Source of the DNA: Isurus oxyrinchus
Taxonomy: Eukaryota
Length of the DNA stretch: 64,000 nucleotides
Assembly: GCA_026770705.1 (NCBI GenBank)
Contig: JANJGN010000004.1
Span: 87,916,001-87,980,000, forward strand
Reading direction: 5' to 3'
Shown here: positions 10,481 to 20,904 of the stretch, in pieces
How positions within the stretch are numbered: position 1 is the first letter of the stretch
How the letters are laid out: every line of letters starts with the position of its first letter
Position numbers and translations under genes: made by a program
Notes under the pieces: generated by a model
What the model was told of the DNA's origin: nothing
Databases searched by the model: none
Seen by the model: the letters and a program-made list of their open reading frames with translations, nothing else

Positions 10481-13400
10481 ATGAAGACGACTATAGCCAG
10501 CCTCAACATCCGCGGCAGCAGGGGCGCACAGCGCAGGTTCCAGAACTTCTCGGTTCTCAGGGACGGGAAGTATGCGTTGTGCCTCCTGCAAGAAACCCAT
10601 ACCCTTCCGGGAGACGAAGCCACGTGGCTCCTGGAGTGGCGAGGGGGGGTCTACATGAGTCACCTAGCCTCCAATTCTGGCGGGGTGGCTATCTTGTTGG
10701 CCCCGCATTTTCAGCCGGAGATCTTGGGGGTCAAGGAGCTGGTGCCAGGCCGGTTGCTGCACCTGACTGTGCGTCTGGGGGGGGGGCGGTGCTTCACTTC
10801 GTGAATGTATACGCTCCCCTGGGCACGCAGCAGCAAGCGAGCTTCTTTGAAGAAGTGTCCACTCATCTCGGCTCCATCGACGCTGGCGAGTGCATCGTCC
10901 TCGGGGGGGATTTCAATTGCACCCTCGGGGTCCGGGACCGTCACGGTACCCCGCACTGCACGCGAGGTGTGAGTAAGTTGCGGGACCTGGTCAGGTCCTT
11001 CGACTTAGTGGACGTCTGGCAAAATCTCCATCCTGACTCCATCGTGTTCACCTTTGTGTCACCTGGAGTCGGAGCGTCCAGACTCGACCGCCTTTACGTT
11101 TCAAAGGCGTACGTGTCCTGCGTTCCGGCTGCTTCTATACGGCAGGTTCCGTGCACGGACCACCGTCTGGTGTGGGCGGAGCTCACTTCGTTCTGCGCTC
11201 GGACGGGGTCCGCGTACTGGCATTTTAATAACCTGTTGTTGGAAGACCAGCGGTTCCTGGACTCGTTCCGTCGTTTCTGGGCCAGCTGGAGAAGGAAGCA
11301 GGGAGGCTTCCCCTCCTTGAGGCTATGGTGGGACGTGGGCAAGACTCACGTCCGAGTTTTCTGTCAAGAGTACGCGAAGGGGTCGACAAAGAGACGCAAA
11401 TCCAGGGTCGAGGAGTTGGAGAAGGAGGTGCTCGACCTGGAGGCACGTCTCCGTCAGCCTGATGCGGACCCGGCCCTGCGGTCGGTGTACGATGAGAAGA
11501 AGGGCGCGCTGCGGTACCTGCAACTGGTCGGGTCTCGGGGTGCGTTCGTGAGGTCGCGGATCCGGTTCCTCAGGGAGATGGACCGTGGCTCCCCCTTCTT
11601 CTACTCGCTGGAAAAAAGGCACGGGGTCCATCAGCAGCTCTTTACGCTGCTGGCCGACGACGGATCCCTTGTCTCAGATCCGGAGGGCATCAGGGCCATC
11701 GCCCGAGATTACTACACTGCCCTGTTCTCTCCGGATACGTCCAGCGAGGACGCTTGCAGAGTTTTGTGGGAGGACCTGCCGCAGGTCGGCCCGGACTGCG
11801 CCGGAAGGCTTGACTCCCCTATAAGTCTGGGGGAGCTGACTGGCGCACTCAACGGTCTTTCTAGGGGCAAATCCCCGGGACTAGACAGGCTGACCGTGGA
11901 GTTCTTCAGGACGTTCTGGGACGTCTTGGGGAGCGACTTCGCGGGGGTCCTGGGGGAGAGTATCGCTACCGGGGAGATGCCCCTTTCGTGGTGCAGGGCC
12001 GTGATTGCCGTGCTGCCGAAGAAGGGGGATCTCCGCCTTCTTAAAAACTGGCGCCCGGTCTCCCTCCTCAGCACGGACTACAAAATCTTCGCCCGAGCCA
12101 TGTCTTCCCGGCTCGGCACCGTGCTGGACCACATGATCCACCCTGACCAGTCCTACACCGTCCCGGACCGAACCATTTATGATAATATCCATCTGGTCCG
12201 GGACATCATCCACTATTCCCAGAGGGCTGGTCTGTCGAGCACCTTCCTGTCTCTCGATCAGGAGAAGGCGTTCGACAGGGTGGATCACGGATACTTACTC
12301 GGAACTCTGCGAGCGTTTGGGTTCGGGACGCATTTTGTCGCCCGGATCTGACTTCTGTACACCGCCGCGGAGTGTCTATGAAGGTTAACGGGTCCCTGAC
12401 GGCGCCCCTTCGCTTTGGGAGTGGGGTACGTCAGGGCTGCCCCCTGTCTGGCCAGTTGTATTCTATTTGCGTGGAGCCTTTCCTGCGCCTCTTGTGGAGG
12501 AGGTTGTCGGGATTGGTCCTGCGCGGGCCGGGCATCGGGGTGGTCCTTTCAGCTTATGCCGATGACGTGCTCCTTATGTTTAGTGACCCGGCTGACCTGC
12601 GGAGGATGCGCGAGTGCCAGGAGGTCTACTCTGCCGCTTCTTCTGCCAGGATCAACTGGGGTAAATGTTCTGGACTCCTGGTCAGTCAGTGGTAGATGGA
12701 TCCCCTACCCGAGGAGCTCAGGCCTTTCACCTGGAGCAGGACCAGCCTCCTCTACCTGGGGGTCCATCTCTGCCCCGCTGAGGAATCCTGGCCGGCAAAC
12801 TGGCAGGAACTGGAGACGAAAGTCACCGCTCGCCTGCGGCGCTGGACAGGACTGCTCCGAGTGCTATCTTACCGAGGTCGAGTTCTGGTCATAAACCAGC
12901 TGATCGCCGCCATGTTGTGGTATCGGCTGGTCACTTTGACCCCTCCCCCGGACTTTGTCACAAGAATCCAGAGATTGTTAGTCGACTTCTTCTGGGACAA
13001 AAGATTGCACTGGGTCGCTGCCGAGGTTCTGAGTCTCCCGCTTAGGGAGGGCGGTCAGGCGCTAGTGTGCCTACGCACACAGGTGGCGACTTTCCACGTT
13101 CAAACCCTGCAGCGATACCTCTACGTCGAGCCTCCTCCTAGATGGTGTGCCCTGACGACGTATTTCTTCCGTCAGGTGCACGGCCTGAATTATGACGTGC
13201 AGCTCCTGTTTATAGAACAGCTGGGCCTCGGTGGCTCCTTGCAGGCGTTGCCCATCTTTTACCAGGACCCGATCAAAGTCTGGAAAGTGGTCGCATCGTG
13301 ACGCAGCTCTCCCCCGTCAGGAGTAGCGGCTATCGTCAGAGAGCGGCTGCTCAGGAATCCACCCCTCCGTCCCTTTCAGTGGTTGGCGGAGAGGAAGGCT

Positions 13401-14372
13401 GTGGCCGCAGGGGTGACCAGGATCGGGGACGTGCTGGGTGGCGGAGGACTGGGCTGGATGCTCCCGCAGGAGTTGGCGCGACGCGCGTCTGTGAGTGTCC
13501 AGGTCGCAGCCGATGCCATCCAAGACCTGAGAACGGTCGTGCTCGGACCCGACGTTATTTTGGGTCTTGAGGTGGCCCAGGTGCACGGTGGTCTTCCGTC
13601 TGAACGTTCCCCTGTTCGGACGGAATTTCACATTGGCCCCAAGCCCCGAACCCTGCCTCGGGTGCTGGTGCCCCACAATATGAGCCGCCTCGGGGACATG
13701 CCCTCCGTGCCTTTTGGCACAGCAAAGAGGGGCTTTTTGTACGGACTGCTGCCGCACACCTTCCATTTTCTCGCCCTTGTCCGCCGCCCGGACACGCCCT
13801 GGCGTGCCTTGTTGCCGTCTGGCGGCAGAGGCCCCCGATGGGAGGCCCTCTACGGAGGTGTCCTCCCCCTTTCTATCGGGGACCTGGGTTGGAGGGTGTT
13901 GCATGCAGCAGTCCCCTATAATAAGAGGATGCATAGGTTCATGGACTCTCAGGACACGTGCCCTTTTTGCGGTCTTGTGGAGTCCGTGGAACATGTATAC
14001 ATAGGGTGTTGTAGGCTGCACTCCCTTTTTAGTTATTTGAAAAACCTTTTATTGATGTTTTGTTTGCACTTCAGCCCCACGCTCCTGATCTATGGGCACC
14101 CGGTGCGGAAGGGGGTCGGGAAGGAGGAAGACCTCCTCATGAACCTGCTCCTGGGCCTGGCCAAGTTGGCCATTAACAGGTCCAGGCAGCGGGCGATCGA
14201 CGGGGGAGTCCCGCCCGATTGTTTGTCCCTCTTCCGCGGCTACGTTCGCTGCCGGATGTCCCTGGAGAGGGAGCACACGGTGTCTGCTGGCACTCTCGAG
14301 GCCTTCCGTGCTCGGTGGGCACCGCGGGGACTGGGGTGTTTTGTTGACCCCTTTAATCACATTTTGATTTAA
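10481..14372 (+). pseudogene. Tx1-type ORF2, copy 2, disrupted
   Basis: Same endonuclease, RT and zinc-finger motifs as copy 1. Shares four lesions with copy 1 and has a private TAG at 12693-12695. Confidence 0.93.
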
Positions 14373-14481
14373 AGTTTGTAAGTTTCCTTTAAACTTTGTT
14401 CTTGGTTTTGCAGCTGACCTGAATTAGGGGCTGTGCCTGATTTATCCCGATTTTGTTGATTTGGTTTTCATTTAAAAGATT

Positions 14482-14570
14482 ATCAAGAGTTCAAATCTCA
14501 CAATGGCAAACTATGAAACAATGTAACTTCATCTGAAACAGATGGAAATGGGTTTGTGCTTGAAAGAGTT
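14482..14570 (+). repeat. 3' half of the tRNA-derived unit, followed by the locus TSD ACAAATAAGCTAT (14571-14583)
   Basis: ATCAAGAGTTCAAAT...TGAAAGAGTT, then the 13-mer also seen at 3121-3133. Confidence 0.88.
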
Positions 14571-17500
14571 ACAAATAAGCTATTTCACAAAAAAAGTAGA
14601 TGGAATAACACTGAACACTGCCTCCATCACGATAAAATAAAGGAATAAGCATTGTGCAAAAAGACAGAAGTTCTGTTCAAAAAACCAAAAATAAGGATCT
14701 TTCTAATTGGCAATACCAGCCTGTCTGCCTTTCCCTAAAGACAGAAAGTGCCTAAGTGGGAGTTGTGGGATCAGTATAACACTTGGATGTGGAAATGTTC
14801 AGCAGGGTGGGCAGAATCTGGAGAGATAAACAGGATTAACATACTAAATTTTAACACTTTGATCTGCTCACAGCAGGGGAAACTGGTAGCTGGTCAGGAA
14901 CACAAAAGTTTGTGCTGTGGGTTTCTCAGTGGTTCTCTAACTGAGCCACAGCATTAGCATCCCATTGGTTTCCTAACCAATCATAGTAGACAGTCATGGT
15001 GTTGATCCAAAACTGGGTGTTGGAAATTCACTATTTTTATGAATCCTACATGGGTGTGAATGTCAAGAGAGAGCCAGCTGCCTGACAGATGGAGTGTCAG
15101 TGAAGACTGGCTGCCCCATGGTTCTCAGATGGATCCCTGGAAATCATGCTGCAGGCTCTGTTCTTCTAAAATGTGAGGAAGAAAGGTGCCGTAAAACAAT
15201 CAGACCTGGCTAGAAGTAATGTTCCCTCACTCGTGGATACAATGCCAGAAGAGGTTTAATGACCTATACATTCAAATGCAGACTTCCTCTCTATGCCTTC
15301 CCCAGCTTTCTCCTGCACATTACTCCTAAGACCAACAAACTTGTAGATGCACACATGCCTTCTTTGTCGTGACACCTTCGCACATCTCCATCTGACTGGC
15401 CACCACTAACATTCACCATCATCTTATACCCATCCCTATCAGTGACCCTCCAAAAATGTTGTCCTTCCATCCTCTTGAAACAATCCACAGCTTAAACAGC
15501 TTGATTTCTTCTTGGAGAAGATAATACAGGACAGCATGGAGAGGCAGAGAACCAGGAGTGACCCAAAGGTCATAACAACCCTGACAGCAACACAAGAGGA
15601 AGCACTAGAGAGAAGCTGAGTCTTGGTGTGCCTGGCTATTAGAAAGGTAGGGATCTTACAGTTACCTGGTAACAGAATTAAATTCAGCACTGCCAATGGC
15701 AGACTACACTCACTCACATAGATTTGATGTCACTAGCAACTGATATATGATGGTCAGCATAATGACGACTTAGAGCTTTCTTACCTTGTCAGCTCTAATT
15801 CATGTTTTTCATTTCCCACAGGTCCCAGAAGTGTTGCTGAGCAGCCAGCGTTGGAGGAGGATGAAAACCCCTCAGAGGAGGGCACTCACTCTGAGGAAGC
15901 ACCAACTCATGTGCGCCCTCCCCCATCTCAAATACACACGCCTTGGTGAAGCCACAAAAACAGGGAGTTGGATAGTCAGATGTTGAAGTGCACATCACAA
16001 ATTAGCATGGGCAGATGCTGGAAACAGCTATACAGTGAAGGGTGCACATTGACAACCCAAGCTCTGTTCAGCCGGATGCGAATGCTGAGCTTTGGGAGTC
16101 ATCAATGAAGAGGACTATTCTGACGCAGCAGCAGAAAATGTGTGAGGCTCTGTCAGCATTTCCAGCTGCACTGTGCACGATTAGAGAGAGATTGAAGGAT
16201 TCCATTTCTAGCCTGAGTTCTATGATGTCTTAGACATTCACACTGAGTCTCCATCCATGCCACCCGAATGGATCATCAGACATGGTAGTACACTGAGTAA
16301 ATGCAGGAGCTCATCAATGGCCAGCAGACTCAGACTCTACACCTTAAGCAGGATGGAGGAAATCCTCATCTTGGCCTGCCTCACTGAAGTGCAGCAGAGT
16401 GTTCACCAGCTTTTGGCTTCCAGAGGAGTGTGGGCAGGCCATGAGAGGGAAGAAGGAGAAATGACAGATGGAAGTGGGGGCTCTGCTCAAAGTGCTTCCT
16501 CTCCTCACTGCTTCCCACCACCGCGTTTCCCATTACCCAAGCCCACACCTGCCTGCTTTGTCAGAGTCTCAAATGCTATCACCTACCCAATGGCCAAGTT
16601 TGCCCCTTCACAGTTGCAGGTGGAACAGTCACAAGCTCCAAAATTACATTGGCCATGAGCATCTGAGCAGTCAGGTCAGGGAAAATGAGTAGCCTGACTC
16701 TAGCACTGATGAAGTGGTTGCACCACATAGGGGTAAAAAGAAAAGAAGGGAAAAAGATTTGTAGTTGCTTAAGTTGCTTATTGTTTAACACTTTCTTAAA
16801 TTATCACATTTCTGGTCAGTCTTTCTCAACTGTAAATTTTATTGCAAAGTTCCATTGTCCCATCCTCAGCACCTGAACCTCTGGCCAAGTGCCCTACAGT
16901 ATAGTGGAGAATGCTTTGCTGAGAGTTGAAATGGATATTGGGTCTCTGTATGTGGGACGGATTATTGATTGTGGGACTGTTTTTGCTGAGGTCTGGGGTA
17001 CAGCTGCAGTGATTTCAGATTTGGTTTGCCAGATGGCCACACTGCCTCAGGATAGCTGAATTTCACCTTAATCCTGATGCATCCAGGCATCTGAATTACA
17101 TTTCCAGCATCACAAGGGTTTACTCGATGAAGCTTCCTGTGCTCAAAATGGCTTCCATTATACCTTTCCTGAGCTTCAGTGGTAGGACCTTGAACCTGTC
17201 AGTCTTTCCTCAGGCACAATGTACTATTGGAGAGAGTGGAGAATTCTGTCTCTATCCTGTGTGTCATGACTTCTCAGGCCTTCGCACTGATGCCTGTGCC
17301 CATGGAAAGAGTGGCCACCTCCCTCCAGCACCAAAGGCAGCAATAAACCAAGTACATGCTGTCCCTGACCAATGAGCTGCAGTCAGTCTGCCAGCATAAA
17401 CAGGACGAAGGAAATAATTTCCTTGGCCATTCAATGCTCAGAGGACTTTGACCAAGAACATCTGAGCAGCCAGAGCTGGAAAACGAGCAGGCTGCCTCAA

Positions 17501-18228
17501 GCTCTACTGAAGCTAAAGTTATAGAAATGCATCAGTGCAATAGAAAAAGGAAGAGAAAGAAGTTGTACTTTGACAAGAGTAATCACTTATTGCTGTATTA
17601 AATCATCATAAACATTATTCAAATCAATATTCAGTGCTGCCCATTGTTGCCTGTCACTCGACAAGTGGTTTTCAGCCTTGAGGAAAATGGTATGTCAATA
17701 TTAGAAAATAAGCAATAGGTGTCAGTGAGAGGGATAGACTGTTGACTGTGAGACTGCTTTGTGCTGGAGGCAGGAAGCAGGGGGGAATGGGGAATGGGGG
17801 TACACTGGGTTCAGCATTGCCATGCCAATAGGCTGCACTACCTCAGATTAGTTGAAGAGTGCCAGAACGAGTATGTCCTGCACATCACTAGCTGTTAGGT
17901 GAGCGGCTGCAGGAACCCTCGCTACAGCATGTTCCTCCTCTTCCTCCTCAGCCATCTGCTGCGCCTTGCCTCTTTTGAAGATGCAGAGCAGTCAACATCT
18001 TCCTCCTCCTGCAGTTCCAGTCCTCTCTGCTGCACTATACTGTGCAAGACACACTGCACCATTATCATCCTGGCCACCTAGGCTGGTGCTACTGAACAGC
18101 GTACACAGGGACCTGAATCACATCTTCAACATCCCAATAGTTTGCTCAATGACTACCCTCGTGCTCACACAGTTCCGATAATGCCTTTTCAAGGCATCTG
18201 TGGTGGGGCTCCACATAGGTGTTGTCAT

Positions 18229-19285
18229 ATTCATAACTTTAGACATGGACTGTGCTCATATGGAAGTTCTAGAACTGTCTTTTCTTTATTTAAAGTGGAC
18301 ACTGAGCTGTTAAAATAGCTGCCAAAGGGTCAAATGACCATTGCTTATTTAACACAGAATATCAAGCTTCATGAAAGTTCTGATTGAATGGCCCTGGGTG
18401 GGGACCTCCCTCTGGAATGGACATACCAAGATGAATATTTTCTGTAGGTTTCACACCCATCATTGTTTGAAGTTTATTCAAAACACAGAGTCAATGGACT
18501 CCGAGACTCTTTGTTTCCAGGTTTACAATTCAACAAAGGAAAGCTAATGAGAACAATTATCCACAAGTTAAGTGTGTAAGACTACCATCTATCTCCTAGT
18601 GTAGTGATGACTTTGCACTTCCAAACCATTCTTGTTGGACAACACCAGTATTGGTTGTGTGATCGAAACCAGCTTGTGATAATGAGTTTCTCTGAAGACT
18701 CAGGGAATCCAGGGAAGTCTGCAGAATCAAAGAGACAGCAACTGCGGGAAAGGCAGTGCCATCTTTGCCTTTCAAGAACCAAAAAGTTGTAACATCTTTA
18801 AAAAACCTCCTAGCATGATTCCAAAACTCCAAGTCCATCTACAAAGAAATTTGATCTCCTGATAAAAAAAACACAAGTGCCCAGCTTCGTGACCTGCTGA
18901 ACATTCATCACTTCAAAGAAATTCTGCAACAATCCAGATATATTACTTCAACTATTTTAGACCCATTGGAACTACTATTCAAAAGTAGAAAATGACTCCT
19001 CTTTACTGGACCCACACTGTCTGATCTCCGGCAACAAGTCAAACATGTGAACTGTTGACTATTCTTTTTGTTTAACACTTGTAGAAGTGCACTATCTCCT
19101 TTAATTGTATCTTTCTTGAATGTGAATGATGTAGTGTTTAGACTTTTTTGGGGGGAATGTGTGAACAAATAGCCTTCTTTATTTTTAAACCCATGAAAAT
19201 CTGCTGCTGTCTGTTTAAATTGACCACACGAAAACCTTTCCAAAAAACAGAACAGAAAAAAATGGACAGAAGGGAATTGGGGTTT
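18229..19285 (+). other. AT-rich insert between Harbinger transposase pieces; decayed reading frame resembling the C-terminal half of a viral envelope glycoprotein
   Basis: Manual translation across stops and frameshifts gives a Cys-containing segment, a helical stretch, a hydrophobic segment (LSPLIVSFLNVNDVVFRLFGGMCEQIAFFIF), CCC and a short basic tail. Identity not established. Confidence 0.25.
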
Positions 19286-20107
19286 CAGTTAATCTCTCCT
19301 CCTCTGTCTGTAACAGTGTCATCAGCCACGTCCTTAGAGGATATCCCTTGTCACCAATTGACTCTGATTGGAGGTGCGAACATCTGTGGGAGACTTGACT
19401 AGCATAGGATGAAGGCATAGTAGCATTCCATTGGTATTTAGCCAGATATGCATGATAGCCTTTCAGTGGTTGCATACCAGCTGAAGATTGATGGAGTGGC
19501 ATCCCTATTGGTTGATGAATAATGCTGGGTGATCTAAAGGCATCTTGATTTCCACATGTGTGTAATCTATGACTTTCTGTACCTGTGGGAACCCGTCCAG
19601 AGCAGTAAAGCAGAGGGTGGTTTCATTCTAATTGGCATGATCAGTAGCAAAGTAGGTGTAAGTGATGAACCTAGACAAAACATGGCATTTGTCACCTGGG
19701 GCATACATATTGCAAAAGAGATTGTGAAATTTTACAGTTGTCAATAGCAGATCCCTGGAAGGAGCTGGAAGCAAAGAAATTCAGGGTTATGGTGATCTTG
19801 CCCACCACAAGCAATATGGACCCGTCTGGTCCACTTGGAAGCATATCTTCTTCCAGGAGGCTGAAAATATCAGCAACAGCCTGTTGGGGAGTCTGAGCTG
19901 CTTAAGGCACAGGAACTCTGCCGTCTCTTGAAATCCTCTGCCTATATATGTTACATTGGGGTATTGCCTCTGCATACTGGAGCTCCACAGTCTTTTCCTT
20001 TGCCCTGTGGAGCAACAGATAGTTGAGGAGAAGGGAGCTGCTCCTGTGGTGCTGCCCAGTTGCTGGTGGTGTTGCTGGTTCTGCTCCTCTTTTTCGTCAT
20101 CAGAGGT

Positions 20108-20215
20108 CCAAGTTCTGATGAAGAGTCCTACAGACTTGAAACGTTAACTCTGTCTTCCCCTCCGCAGATGCAGTCAGACCTGCTGAGTTTTTCCAGCTAT
20201 TTTTGTTTTTGTCCA
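20108..20215 (+). ncRNA. Penelope-like-element terminal repeat fragment with a minimal hammerhead ribozyme motif
   Basis: AGTT-CTGATGA-A-GAGTC(ctaca)GACTT-GAAAC-GTT-AACT: core boxes CUGAUGA and GAAA, stem I AGTT/AACT, stem II and palindromic stem III. Degenerate relatives at ~20680-20830, 29640-29710(-), 49570-49670, 58120-58310 and 59060-59175. Confidence 0.6.
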
Positions 20216-20904
20216 AGATCCCCTGCTGCTGAGAAAGCTGACAGCTGGGAAGTAAAGATCAAAGCCAAAAAACAAACTCCAAGATAGCGAAGTAGTAAAA
20301 GCGCACTCTCAGAATAAATCCTGTGAATAAAGGCTTATCACTTAGGCCAGCTGTCATAGCTCAGTGCTTAAATGCATTCCAGCCTGTCACTTGCTCAGCC
20401 CTGTCAATCCCTGCTGTCCTGTCAGCTTAATCAAACTGTTGAATTCCAGGAAACCCAGGAACCCTATGCGAAGCAGAATCCAGGATAAAAATGCACTCAA
20501 TTGTCTTTTAACATATGTTAATAGCAGACCTGCATGTCCCATGAGGATTTCCTGAAAGTTTAAGTTAAATGTGACAGTTGGCAGACACCTGCCAGCTTCC
20601 TGACTGGTGTTTCTTCCTCTTTTGCCCTTCCTTCTGCACTGCCACTTGTCCACTCGGGAAGTTAAAATTCTGCCCTATGTTTCAAGTCAATGACTTTTTG
20701 TCGAATGAAAGGTCATTGACCTGAGGCAATAACTCTGTTTCTCTCCCCACAGATGCTATCTGACCTGCTGAGTATTTCCAGCATTCGCTGTTTTTATTTC
20801 AGATTTCTAGCATCCACAGTATTTTGTTTTACTTTTCTAGTATGTGTTTCAAGTGCTGTTCAAGGAATTTGGAGTACAGCGGACTCTGGCACTTATTTGT
20901 ATAG

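Larger units (their letters stand above)
9385..14481 (+). mobile_element. Tx1-clade non-LTR retrotransposon, copy 2 (tandem duplicate of copy 1)
   Basis: Same 5' truncation point (AAATGTTCCCCGAG) and same 3' end as copy 1; offset 5675, then 5674; only scattered substitutions. Confidence 0.92.
14960..20675. mobile_element. Cluster of nested or fragmented Harbinger transposons (Myb/SANT gene on +, transposase pieces on -)
   Basis: On +: AAPWFSDGSLEIML (~15110) and SWIQCQKRFNDL (~15230-15265). On -: VVIEQTIGMLK (~18125-18160), IGDKGYPLRTWLMT (~19320-19360) and an FRCLD piece (~17080). Terminal AAAATTCTGCCC at 20664-20675. Left boundary approximate. Confidence 0.7.
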
